Position numbers and translations under genes: made by a program
Part shown: piece after piece, positions 28,280-37,878 of the stretch
How the letters are laid out: each line of letters begins with the position of its first letter
Position numbering within the stretch: position 1 is the stretch's first letter
DNA from: a virus
Lineage: Duplodnaviria; Caudoviricetes
Direction: 5' to 3' (one strand)
Length of the DNA stretch: 64,000 nt
Virus record (IMG/VR): IMGVR_UViG_3300020048_000007
Location: 167,673 to 231,672 of that record
Notes under the pieces: model-generated
What the model was told of the DNA's origin: nothing
What the model saw: only the letters and a program-made list of their open reading frames with translations
Databases searched by the model: none

Positions 28280-29596
28280 ATGCCAATAACTTTAGCATGG
28301 TACAATGCAAGTGAGAAATCCATATCGTCATTATTGGACTGCACACCAAACGATGTTCTTGAAATAGTTTATGCAACAGAAAATGAGACTAAAAGCCAGT
28401 TTTACAATAGGATAAGCGAAAGTTGCAGTACAGAACTAATATGCTTCCTAAGTGGTGATATAAAATTTGAAGAGCATTGGCTAGCAGAATTAATAAAAGT
28501 AGTTCCTACGACTGGGTTTGCTATTCCTGTAATTAATGACCTTAACGTGAGTTGGTGGTTGTCACAGTCTCAGGTCTTAAAATCACCAGTTTTTAAATGG
28601 GATTTAGAGTTCTATAATAGCACTAGATCCGAGAGCCTATGTATTGCACCCCATTGTTACATTGCGAGAACAAAATGGGTGAAAAGAATCGGCAATTTTG
28701 CTGTGTTCTCAGAAAACGGGCATGAGGAAATCGAAACATCTATACGAAACTATTGCTATGGCGGTCGTGTTACCAGATCAGATAATAGTCATATTTCTGC
28801 TGAAATTGGCAAGAGCATCAGATCTTTAAAAAATAAGAAGATGATTATAGAAACATGGTTAGCGAAGTATAGTAAGATTTGCAATATGGTTATAAATGGT
28901 TTATCTGCGACAAAAATCACCGATAAGTTACCTTGTATTGATGGTATTGTGGAATCTGTTGATAATTTTATAAGCTATGGTATGCCTGAGTTGTTGTCTT
29001 CTTTCCAATTAATGTTGAGGCATGTTGGGTCTGATATCTGTGTTCTCGGTAGTGGTCCATCTATGTCCTTTATGCCTGAGAGGTTATGGCTTGGGTTTAA
29101 GGTGATTATTGGTGTCGATTATATGGCTAAGTTGTATAAATGCGATTATGTTTATACTAATGATCTGAAGGTGATTGAAGATCTTTCTGGCGTTTACAAG
29201 GAGGAACAGTTTATTGTTCCTGCCGTGATTAAAGATCATGATGGAAAGCCTTTAAATAGCCTGGATGTATTGGGTCGTGCCTCTGTTGTTGATGTGGTGA
29301 CTATCGGGACTTACAATGGATTTACTCCTCTTAAAGAGTTTGGTGATAACAGTCTCACTGCCGTGCAGGCTGCTGTATTGATGGGCGCTGCTAGTGTGGT
29401 TTTGTTTGGTGATGATTATAAGTTTCTTAATGGCTGCAGCCATGATTCGAATATTGAAGAATATAACTTTGGGAAGTATCTTCCTGACAATGATTGGGTC
29501 AAAGATGGTCTTAGTAAGAGGGAAGAAAATATACGTGTGCTTGGTGATATAATGCGTGCTTCTGGCATAAATCTTTTTAGGATGAATTCTGCATGA
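28280..29596 (+). CDS. glycosyltransferase-like protein (GT2-like N-half + DUF115/Maf-like C-half)
   Basis: ICFLSGDIKFEEHWL.ELI...PVI (GT-A-like); ICVLGSGPSM...IIGVD...AVQAAVLMGA..VVLFG.D (Maf/DUF115-like). Confidence 0.65.
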   Translation: MPITLAWYNASEKSISSLLDCTPNDVLEIVYATENETKSQFYNRISESCSTELICFLSGDIKFEEHWLAELIKVVPTTGFAIPVINDLNVSWWLSQSQVLKSPVFKWDLEFYNSTRSESLCIAPHCYIARTKWVKRIGNFAVFSENGHEEIETSIRNYCYGGRVTRSDNSHISAEIGKSIRSLKNKKMIIETWLAKYSKICNMVINGLSATKITDKLPCIDGIVESVDNFISYGMPELLSSFQLMLRHVGSDICVLGSGPSMSFMPERLWLGFKVIIGVDYMAKLYKCDYVYTNDLKVIEDLSGVYKEEQFIVPAVIKDHDGKPLNSLDVLGRASVVDVVTIGTYNGFTPLKEFGDNSLTAVQAAVLMGAASVVLFGDDYKFLNGCSHDSNIEEYNFGKYLPDNDWVKDGLSKREENIRVLGDIMRASGINLFRMNSA

Positions 29597-29862
29597 GTAT
29601 CATGATTTCGGTTTTATCGATATGTGGTGTTTTGGTGTATGGTGTCTATATTTTTAATCAACGTCTCGTAGACCTGTTAAAGATATTGAATAAATGGGTC
29701 GATAAGGAAAGAGTCGTACATGCTTCCGGATCATCAGATAGCATATTTAAGCAGGAGCAGCCAAAAAAATTTACGAAATTTGAAGCAGCTCAAGAGCCAG
29801 AGTCATTCTCTTCGGCAATTACTAGAGCAGCTTCAGTCAAAGGATTTGGTGATATGCAGTGA
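29593..29862 (+). CDS. small membrane-anchored protein
   Basis: N-terminal hydrophobic helix; ATGA overlap with the previous gene. Confidence 0.6.
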   Translation: MSIMISVLSICGVLVYGVYIFNQRLVDLLKILNKWVDKERVVHASGSSDSIFKQEQPKKFTKFEAAQEPESFSSAITRAASVKGFGDMQ

Positions 29863-30073
29863 TGTATTTATCAATTATTACGACGGTACTACAGAGGAGT
29901 CATTTCAACTGTTGGCTCATACACCAAAGGTAGTGCCGAAAAGTAATAAGAATTTGGTCCATAAAGTACCAATACATGAAATACCAGCGGCACCAGACAA
30001 TCAAATCGAAGAAATTTCTACCCTACCTATAGTATATAGGCTAGGTGACGACTATGAAGGCGAGAGAATAACA

Positions 30074-31159
30074 ATGGCATATCTAGGGCTAGACGTCGGA
30101 ACAAAAACCATGGTATTGTCGTTCAAGGACGACAAAGGTAAAACCCAATATATCTCCGAAATAAATGGTTTTTGGCCTTTCGAACGAGGTACACCATTCA
30201 TAGAAAACATGTTGAACGATTCTAGCAAAGTACGTTCAGACGGTGTTAAAAGAGCCGCAAGATACTTTAAAGACGAAGAAAATGGTCAATTAGTAGTGAT
30301 CGGAAGAGACGCAGAAGAATTCGCGTATTCTAAAAACGATACTCTGCTACGCCCAATGGCCGAGGGAGGCATAAGCCCAGACGATATGGCTATGACCGTC
30401 CTCACCGCTATCATACACGGTCTGATAGGTATGGCTGAAAGACAAATTGGTAAATTCAAAGAAGAGGTAAAAATATGCTATTGCACAACAGCGAATGCTT
30501 TAAACAAGCAAAACAATATAGCGTACCACGAGCGTGCTGTCGACCTGATACTAAGAAGCTATAAATCAGATCAGACATTAAGCTATAATAAAATAAAAGA
30601 GTCACACGCCATCGTGTTAAACATGAGCCCAGATGGAACAGGTATAGGTATTTCCTGGGGCGCTGGAACTGTGACCGTAAGTTATGTGAAATATGGCTTA
30701 GAAGTATATTCTTTCTGCTGGGTAGGCGCTGGAGATTGGATTGATACACAGGTAGCTATGAGGCATGGATACGATCCAGATAACAGCAAGTTTAGAAGAA
30801 AATCGAAAGAAACGCCTACAACGGTAGCAAAGAGGAAACAGGAAATCGATCTGACTCCTAATTGTGTACAGAAGGATCGACTATCTCTGGATATAGAATT
30901 GCATTATGATGTCTTGATTAATCAAGTGATTGAAGGTATCATACAAGGATTCAATGAGAATGAATCAGAGGCCAGAATAGAAGATGGCATAACAATCTAT
31001 ATGGCAGGTGGGACCAGCTGCCCTAAGGGGTTCAGTGAAAGAGTCAGAGATGCTTTTGCTCGAAAATCACCACCGTTTGATATTAAAGCTGTGAAACGAC
31101 ACGATAATCCGTTGTTTTGCGTAGCCGAGGGGTGCCTCAAAGCAAGCGAGATGTTCTGA
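30074..31159 (+). CDS. actin-fold ATPase (MreB/MamK-like)
   Basis: True start inferred at MAYLGLDVGT (phosphate-1). Other motifs: IGRDAEEF...LLRPMAEGGI, ESHA (connect-1), ISWGAGTVT (phosphate-2), YMAGGTS (adenosine) and NPLFCVAEG (connect-2). Confidence 0.85.
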   Translation: MAYLGLDVGTKTMVLSFKDDKGKTQYISEINGFWPFERGTPFIENMLNDSSKVRSDGVKRAARYFKDEENGQLVVIGRDAEEFAYSKNDTLLRPMAEGGISPDDMAMTVLTAIIHGLIGMAERQIGKFKEEVKICYCTTANALNKQNNIAYHERAVDLILRSYKSDQTLSYNKIKESHAIVLNMSPDGTGIGISWGAGTVTVSYVKYGLEVYSFCWVGAGDWIDTQVAMRHGYDPDNSKFRRKSKETPTTVAKRKQEIDLTPNCVQKDRLSLDIELHYDVLINQVIEGIIQGFNENESEARIEDGITIYMAGGTSCPKGFSERVRDAFARKSPPFDIKAVKRHDNPLFCVAEGCLKASEMF

Positions 31160-31824
31160 TGGCAATTTACGAAATCATCTTTTCGGACGATAAAGTTGCA
31201 GCAGTTCGAATCGCAGGGGATTTATACCTCATAAGGTTAGATCCCCTGCTTCCAGAAGTTTTTGATAAAGATCTCAAAAAATTAATAGTCCCCGACATAG
31301 AGACATGGCTTAGCTACCACACGATGCTGCAAGTAAGTTATAAAAGTTTGATATCACAATGTCTCGCTTTTCATAAAGGATTTACATCCAGCAGATATAA
31401 CAGAAACAGGTCTGATAGCATACGGGACATAGTCAAGTCGACAATCATCAACATTTTTAGGACAGAGTTAGCCTCAAAATATGTAATTGACTATTGGATT
31501 GAATGCACGCCGAAAGCCAGGATATCCTCTAAGATCATTTCTCCCATAATGAAAAAAACCGAGTATCTTATAGACAAACTAGGCATACGGACATTCGAAG
31601 ACTATGCAAATAGAATTAGGAAGATAGCAGAAGAGAATGCAGATCTAAACATTGTAGACAAAATGTTTAAAAAGCTTAATTTGCAGACTAGAGAGCCATC
31701 TTATCCCAATACTGACGAATTGGATAGCATAGTTATCAGTAACGTTCTCGAAAAGTACCAATTAGATGATATGCCACTAGAAGCTATGCGATTAGTGATA
31801 GAATGCCAGAAGAAATTGCTGTAG
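31159..31824 (+). CDS. hypothetical protein
   Basis: ATG overlaps the actin stop (TGATG); track ORF 31117..31824. Confidence 0.7.
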   Translation: MAIYEIIFSDDKVAAVRIAGDLYLIRLDPLLPEVFDKDLKKLIVPDIETWLSYHTMLQVSYKSLISQCLAFHKGFTSSRYNRNRSDSIRDIVKSTIINIFRTELASKYVIDYWIECTPKARISSKIISPIMKKTEYLIDKLGIRTFEDYANRIRKIAEENADLNIVDKMFKKLNLQTREPSYPNTDELDSIVISNVLEKYQLDDMPLEAMRLVIECQKKLL

Positions 31825-31848
31825 TATTGTAAAAAGTCGGAGGAACCC

Positions 31849-32172
31849 ATGGAAAAAGAACGTATAGCTACTGAACTGCTCAAGATCTATAAGCAAATAG
31901 AAGACCTCAAGAAGCCACTTGAGGATTACAAAGACACTCTTCGCTCTCTGGCAAAAGGCGATAACCTCGATATAATCATCGAACAGCTAGGCAAGGTAAC
32001 CATCACCAAGCCCAGAGAGTCTACAGAGAAGACAGTTGTAGAACTGAACGTCTCAAAGATCGACGCTAACAAAGAGCTCAAAAAGCTGCTGTTAGAAAAG
32101 GGCATGATTACAGAATCAACCGTCAAATCGCCAGCTGCGAAAGCATCAGTAAACATCAAGCCAAACGTCTAA
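31849..32172 (+). CDS. hypothetical protein
   Basis: 107-aa ORF with a GGAGG RBS. Confidence 0.75.
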   Translation: MEKERIATELLKIYKQIEDLKKPLEDYKDTLRSLAKGDNLDIIIEQLGKVTITKPRESTEKTVVELNVSKIDANKELKKLLLEKGMITESTVKSPAAKASVNIKPNV

Positions 32173-32184
32173 GGAGTCAATATA

Positions 32185-32751
32185 TTGGGCACGACATACT
32201 GGAGAGCAGACCAAAAAGTCATGGGGTTCATAGAATCAGTCATGATGAAATACCACCACGAGCTCTGCCAACATAAAGTGAGTCTTGGCGTTCTATTCGC
32301 TATATCCTCAGATGAGGAAAATCATGCATTAAAGCACCATGGCTACCCGGTAGCAGCATGTATAAAAGTCGTGACTCTCAAAGACAGAATCACAAAAGGC
32401 TATGATGCCGAGCTGATGATCGATGCGGAATTTTGGAAAAGCAACAATGAGGAAAAGCGTGTAGCTTTGATCGATCACGAGCTCAGCCACATCGCATTGA
32501 AACGCAAGAAGCCTGAGAAGCCCAAAAAAGGTCAACCACCCAGAGAGGAGCCTATTGACCCACTTGGCGAAGTCATGTATGATGATATTGGTCGCCCCGC
32601 CTTAAAAACAGTCAAAGGCGACTATAATGTGGGTGATGGTTTCATGCGTGTAATCCAACGGCACCAGACAGCATCTATAGAAACAGACAATATTAACGCG
32701 GCGATGGCATTAGTTGAGGAAGCCTTGAATTCTCAGCCTGTTGAGGCATGA
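32185..32751 (+). CDS. putative phage metallopeptidase
   Basis: ALIDHELSH (HExxH) in the context typical of the putative phage metallopeptidase family; TTG start after AAGGAG. Confidence 0.75.
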   Translation: MGTTYWRADQKVMGFIESVMMKYHHELCQHKVSLGVLFAISSDEENHALKHHGYPVAACIKVVTLKDRITKGYDAELMIDAEFWKSNNEEKRVALIDHELSHIALKRKKPEKPKKGQPPREEPIDPLGEVMYDDIGRPALKTVKGDYNVGDGFMRVIQRHQTASIETDNINAAMALVEEALNSQPVEA

Positions 32752-33495
32752 GGATAGACCTTCGCTGTCTTCTATCCAGGTGACAGTCGAATCCCAGCCT
32801 CGCTCCTTGAATCGCTGAATATACTTAAAATAGTCGTCAGACCAGAGAACGTAATAATTCTCTGGTCTATACTTTGATAACGAAGCGCAAAAGATCCCAG
32901 ATCCGACACAAAAGAAATGCTTGACGTTTATTAGTGCTGCAATTGTTTCTCTTCGAGTGTTAAACCTGTGTAACCCTTCAACTGGTGGCTCCGACTTACT
33001 GCACCATAATATCCTTTTATTTTTAAATGCTCTAAGTACAATCATTATGTCTTGATCTTTTGACCAGCTCTGCCCACTGTTGTATTCACTCTCTATGGCA
33101 AGGTCAAATTTTTCATTTTCAGTAACTTTTAGCTCTGTTTTTGTCGGGATGAATACAGGTCTTCTATCGGTGATGTGTACTTTCATTATGCTAGATAATT
33201 TGTCTGGTACATCTAATAGGGAGAACATACCACTGTTATTTCTAAAATATGACCCTTGAGTGGCGTTGAAATACAAATCATATTTTAAGGCTTTGAACAT
33301 CTTGACACCATCGTTTATACGGTTTATCTGAATAATATTATTGATGAATGGCAAGTTCAGAAATGCGTCTGCGAATTTTTTGTGTACGGCTACATCGATG
33401 GCTGTGCCGTGTTTTTCGGATAGATCTCTAATAAATGGTGTTAGTAGGCAACAGTCTCCGAATGATCCGTAGCTTTCTACTCCGATTTTCATCAT
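32710..33495 (-). CDS. glycosyltransferase family 9 (heptosyltransferase)-like
   Basis: GSFGDCCLLTPFIRDL...IDVAV...DAFLNLPFINNI, and later FFCVGSG corresponding to the GT9 xxDSG region. Confidence 0.7.
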   Translation of the reverse strand: MMKIGVESYGSFGDCCLLTPFIRDLSEKHGTAIDVAVHKKFADAFLNLPFINNIIQINRINDGVKMFKALKYDLYFNATQGSYFRNNSGMFSLLDVPDKLSSIMKVHITDRRPVFIPTKTELKVTENEKFDLAIESEYNSGQSWSKDQDIMIVLRAFKNKRILWCSKSEPPVEGLHRFNTRRETIAALINVKHFFCVGSGIFCASLSKYRPENYYVLWSDDYFKYIQRFKERGWDSTVTWIEDSEGLSSCLNRLRIQGFLN

Positions 33496-33586
33496 CGCAC
33501 CATTGTGTCTAGGTTAATAATATCTTGTCGTTTATTTATATTTCTTGTAAAAAAATATTGTGCCTTTTCCTTTAACGGAGGTGTAA

Positions 33587-34468
33587 ATGGGTTTTCATTC
33601 GAACGATGATTTTGAACATCATAATATACTTGGCAACAAAGTAAGAAGAAATAAGACAACCATTATAATAAATGAGGAAATTACCTCTAATAATTGGGAA
33701 AGATGGTATCTGCTGCGATCAGATGCCCACCATGATAACGGTCATTGTCGACGTGATCTTGAAAAAGAGCATTTAGATGAAGCTAAAGCCAAGGATGCGA
33801 TAATCTGTGACTTTGGTGACCTATTTTGCGTCATGCAGGGGAAATATGACCCTCGCAAAGATGCAAGAGCATTAACTGAAGAGCAGCATGGTAGAGAGGA
33901 CTATCTGAATTGCGTCTTAGAAGAGTCATACAAATTTTATAAGCCATACAAAGATAACTTCTTGATGCTTAGCCCCGGCAATCATGAAACCAACATATTG
34001 AAGAGATGCGGGGTCGATCTCACCAAGCTGTTATCAAAAGAACTTGATGCTTTTAACCAGACGTATACTGGTTGGATAAAATTCATGTTTAAAAGACGTG
34101 GCTTTGTCGTGAGCAAGAATCTCTGGTATCACCACGGATATGGTGGCGGCGGGATGATGAGCTTTGGTACTCTTTCAACAAGACGTCAGGCGAGTTATCT
34201 TCCAGATGCCGACATTATGGTTTCTGGTCACACGCATGATAGCTATTTTCTTGAAATGGCTAAAGAAAGACTTGACAAGAATGGCAAGATAGCCAGAAGC
34301 ATCTTGACATCAATAAGAAGTCCAGGGTACAAAGACGAATCATCCTGTAAAGAGGGATGGGCAGCTGAAAGAGGCCATCCGCCGAAGCCATTGGGTGCTT
34401 GGTGGTTAAGATTTAAATATTCTGAATCTAAAGGGCTCAAATACACAGCTATCAAAGCCGGTGAATAA
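33587..34468 (+). CDS. calcineurin-like metallophosphoesterase
   Basis: SDAH, GDLF, GNHE, HHG and GHTH motifs; GGAGG RBS. Confidence 0.85.
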   Translation: MGFHSNDDFEHHNILGNKVRRNKTTIIINEEITSNNWERWYLLRSDAHHDNGHCRRDLEKEHLDEAKAKDAIICDFGDLFCVMQGKYDPRKDARALTEEQHGREDYLNCVLEESYKFYKPYKDNFLMLSPGNHETNILKRCGVDLTKLLSKELDAFNQTYTGWIKFMFKRRGFVVSKNLWYHHGYGGGGMMSFGTLSTRRQASYLPDADIMVSGHTHDSYFLEMAKERLDKNGKIARSILTSIRSPGYKDESSCKEGWAAERGHPPKPLGAWWLRFKYSESKGLKYTAIKAGE

Positions 34469-34505
34469 TTGGGTTCTGCAGTATTATTAACTGCAGGAGA
34501 CCCAC

Positions 34506-36290
34506 ATGCTAGAAATACAAAATGTAAGCTGGCGTAACTTTATGAGTTACGGCGAAGAAACATCGAGCCTAGACCTGTCAGAGCTAGGGCAGGTTTTAAT
34601 AACAGGCGAAATCGAAGACGAAACACAAGACGGTTTAAAGAAAAGCAACGGATCGGGAAAATCAACCATCCCAAACGTAATCCTATGGGCATTATTCGGG
34701 CGCACAATGCACTCGGCTAATCCAGGGGATGCCGTGATAAACCATTTTATTGGCAAAGACTGCTGGGTTAAAATAACGTTAAAGAACGGCGATAGTATAA
34801 CCAGAACACGAGGATTAAAAGGCCACAACGAGCTACTCTATACAAAGAACGGCGAAGAAAATACACTTAGCACAAATAAAAACTTACAGCAATTATTGAA
34901 TAAAGACTTACAGTTAGATTGGGAGTTATTCACAAGCTCAGCGTTTTTCACACAATATAGCAAATCATGGCTAGAAATGGCAGACAATAACAGGAAGAAA
35001 GCACTAGAGAGAATCCTGAGAGTCGATAGGTTTACATTCTACGCTACAGCTGCAAAATCAAGCGCAGAAAAAGTCGACGCTAAGCTGTCAAAAATTAATA
35101 TCAAAATCGAAAGCGCTAAAGCCAGAATCGCCAAGGCCACCACACAAATCGAAAGAAACACACAATTAAGAGATAATTTCGAAGGCAGTAAAACCGACAG
35201 AATGCGATCAATACAGACATCAGTAGACGTAAACCAGCAGAAAGCTGATGCTATAAAGATACCAGACTTGGATAAAATAACACAGATTTGGGAGGTCTAT
35301 ACCAAAATTAGTGATAAGATAGAAGCGATGAAGAATGACCAAAACGACATTCTTCGCAAGACAAAGTTAGTCGAATCGACGATAAATGATTTAAAGTCCA
35401 AGGCATCCTCATGGAAGAACAAGAAAGGCAAGCAGTGCCTGTCTTGCATGCAAGACATAGATGAAAGCCACATTCAACAGCACATTGAGCCATTGATTAA
35501 CCAACAAGCGACAGAAGAAGCTACCTTGAATGGCCTATTAGCGGAAAAAAGCAAATTAACGCAAAATATATCAGCCACGGAATCTAAGCTCGCTGAACGA
35601 AAGCCAAAGGTAACACTAAGAGAAGCAAAATCGATAATTGATGAAAAAAATCAATTGCTAAAGTTAATAAACAGAGATCTAGAGCACATTACAAAGATAG
35701 AAAATGAGCAGAACCCGTACACGTCGAGCTTAGATGACTTAGAAAATTCGATAATAGAAGACCAAACCATAATAACTGATTCAACACAGGAGAAGGAGCA
35801 ACAAGAATTACTATATAGGCATTACACATATCTTAGTAAAGCATATTCAGAAAGAAATAAAATTAAAAGCTACGTCTTTAAAGAGCATATCCCTTTCATC
35901 AACCAGAGACTGAACCACTATTTGGACATGTTGAATCTGGACATTAAGGTCAATTTAACTGAAAATCTGGGTTTAGACAGCAATATGTGGGGTTATGATT
36001 TTCAGTCTGGTGGAGAGAGGAAACGCACGGATGTGGCGTTCATGCTCGCTGCCTTTGACTTTCATGAGGCGATGTACGGCAGACAGTGCAATGTTCTGGT
36101 CTTAGATGAGGTGGATGGTCGCATGGATGATGATGGTATAGACGGGCTTATCAATATAATTAAGCAAGAATTATCCAGGAAGGCTGAAACGATCTTAATC
36201 ATATCACATAGAAACCAAATGCATGATGTGTTTGATAAGGAAATTAAAGTGACTAAGTCTAATAATTATTCCAAAATAAGGCAGATGTAA
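34506..36290 (+). CDS. sbcC: Rad50/SbcC/T4 gp46-like SMC ATPase
   Basis: WRNFMSYG, NGSGKST, a coiled coil with zinc hook CLSC, QSGGERKR signature, LVLDE and ISH. Confidence 0.93.
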   Translation: MLEIQNVSWRNFMSYGEETSSLDLSELGQVLITGEIEDETQDGLKKSNGSGKSTIPNVILWALFGRTMHSANPGDAVINHFIGKDCWVKITLKNGDSITRTRGLKGHNELLYTKNGEENTLSTNKNLQQLLNKDLQLDWELFTSSAFFTQYSKSWLEMADNNRKKALERILRVDRFTFYATAAKSSAEKVDAKLSKINIKIESAKARIAKATTQIERNTQLRDNFEGSKTDRMRSIQTSVDVNQQKADAIKIPDLDKITQIWEVYTKISDKIEAMKNDQNDILRKTKLVESTINDLKSKASSWKNKKGKQCLSCMQDIDESHIQQHIEPLINQQATEEATLNGLLAEKSKLTQNISATESKLAERKPKVTLREAKSIIDEKNQLLKLINRDLEHITKIENEQNPYTSSLDDLENSIIEDQTIITDSTQEKEQQELLYRHYTYLSKAYSERNKIKSYVFKEHIPFINQRLNHYLDMLNLDIKVNLTENLGLDSNMWGYDFQSGGERKRTDVAFMLAAFDFHEAMYGRQCNVLVLDEVDGRMDDDGIDGLINIIKQELSRKAETILIISHRNQMHDVFDKEIKVTKSNNYSKIRQM

Positions 36291-36315
36291 AAATAAAGTA
36301 ACTAGTGAGAAAAAT

Positions 36316-36858
36316 ATGGAATCTACAGACTTAGAAAAAATCAGACACGTTTCAAACACAGATGTTGTTCGTAAACTCCTGATTAGATATTTTATTGACA
36401 AAGGGTTTGAGAACAGTTTTGATAGGCAAGTATATCCGTCTAATCTACAAGATATGACTGCAGTCATTCCGATATTATCAAGTAAAATAGAGATAGTCCC
36501 CCATTGCGTTGATATTGATACAGCATTGGGAAGAGCAGTCCTAGGTTGGAACCTATTTGTGTTAGGTGATCATAGAATGTATATCGGTGAGACATATCAT
36601 AACAATTTACATGATTTGGCAAGACAAATCAAGAACGGTATGCTATCTAACACAGATCAGTTTGAAGGTCAAGCCACTCGGACGACGACTCCAAGAAAAA
36701 TAATCACTTTTGTTTGTAGGGTCTTCGGTGACCATAAATCTGGCTACATCGACCTTAGTCCGACTAACAATGTTAAACAGCCCGGCGACGCTTTTGTCGC
36801 TAAGCAAACTATGAATGCTGTACCAGGCCAGTTCTTTGGGCGTTCTGGGTACGGTTAA
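36316..36858 (+). CDS. hypothetical protein
   Basis: 180-aa ORF. Confidence 0.7.
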   Translation: MESTDLEKIRHVSNTDVVRKLLIRYFIDKGFENSFDRQVYPSNLQDMTAVIPILSSKIEIVPHCVDIDTALGRAVLGWNLFVLGDHRMYIGETYHNNLHDLARQIKNGMLSNTDQFEGQATRTTTPRKIITFVCRVFGDHKSGYIDLSPTNNVKQPGDAFVAKQTMNAVPGQFFGRSGYG

Positions 36859-36946
36859 GAATCTAAAACGGATATTTAATCCTATCTTGTATATACCGAA
36901 TATGAGCCAGCTTCGCATGTACACCTCGTCATAGAAGATCAAAAAG

Positions 36947-37834
36947 ATGATCCATCCCGACACAGGCTATCATTATATCCACGTCATAAGTGACTGCATG
37001 TCCTTCGTTGATGTATACAAAAGCTACCAAAACCTCGCTCAAGAAACGCCATATATGACCACCATAAGTTTAAGAGATTTTAGAGAAAACCCCACTGGCT
37101 TACTTAATGACCCGAACAACGTAATCATAATCTGGCATGACGATAGACTCATCACAAAAGATAGAAAATGCAAAGCGATAATACGCTATTCAGAAATGGT
37201 AACAGAGAACGAAAACATAGGTCATCAAAAAGAACTACTAGATGACTATAAAGCCCATATAGATAACTATGACTACACAATAGTTCATTCAAAATCTGCA
37301 GAAAAACACATTAAAAACTTTACAGATAAAGTAACATACCTCCCAGTTGGGTTTGATCCCCTAATATACGGTACACCAGAATTCGACATTCCAAAAAGAT
37401 TCGACCTCATAACATTTGGCTCGAACCTTGGTAGGAGAATTCAGATAAACGATAACCTTAAAAAGCATTTTGGCGACAGGTTTCTAGAAACATCCTGCTG
37501 GGATATAGGTAGAAAACAGCTATTGGAACAAAGTAGAATCAACTTAATCATACCATGGTGCAAAAACCCATCATTTCCTGCATTCAGGATGCTTCAGACA
37601 CTAGGAACATCAGCAGCCATGTTAACAGAAAAAACCAACTCGCACCCAGCAAAGCCGAACAAACACATTATTCATATAACAGACTTTGATAACGAAACGC
37701 TTACAAACCAAGAGATAGAAAACGCCCTCACCAAAGACCTTACAGCTATTTCAAAAAAAGCCCACGAAGACCTGACGATAACAACCAGAGAAGTAATGAA
37801 CAAACTCGTCAAATTAACAAAAAAACACCTATGA
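36947..37834 (+). CDS. glycosyltransferase (GT-B, CgeB/Glyco_trans_1_2-like)
   Basis: YLPVGFDP, FDLITFGS...RR, QSRINL and RMLQTLG...MLTE. Confidence 0.7.
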   Translation: MIHPDTGYHYIHVISDCMSFVDVYKSYQNLAQETPYMTTISLRDFRENPTGLLNDPNNVIIIWHDDRLITKDRKCKAIIRYSEMVTENENIGHQKELLDDYKAHIDNYDYTIVHSKSAEKHIKNFTDKVTYLPVGFDPLIYGTPEFDIPKRFDLITFGSNLGRRIQINDNLKKHFGDRFLETSCWDIGRKQLLEQSRINLIIPWCKNPSFPAFRMLQTLGTSAAMLTEKTNSHPAKPNKHIIHITDFDNETLTNQEIENALTKDLTAISKKAHEDLTITTREVMNKLVKLTKKHL

Positions 37835-37878
37835 CCGGCTCTCCACCAGACGGTAACTATAATTAGCACCTATATTCT

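Noticed and set aside
29720-30073. 118-aa N-terminal extension of the actin homologue given by the ORF track
   Set aside because: It overlaps the 29593-29862 gene, and the actin fold begins cleanly at MAYLGLDVGT (30074).
33533-33540. Single exact T4 late promoter TATAAATA as a confident feature
   Set aside because: Several matches are expected by chance in 64 kb of AT-rich DNA. It is kept only as part of the tentative motif finding.
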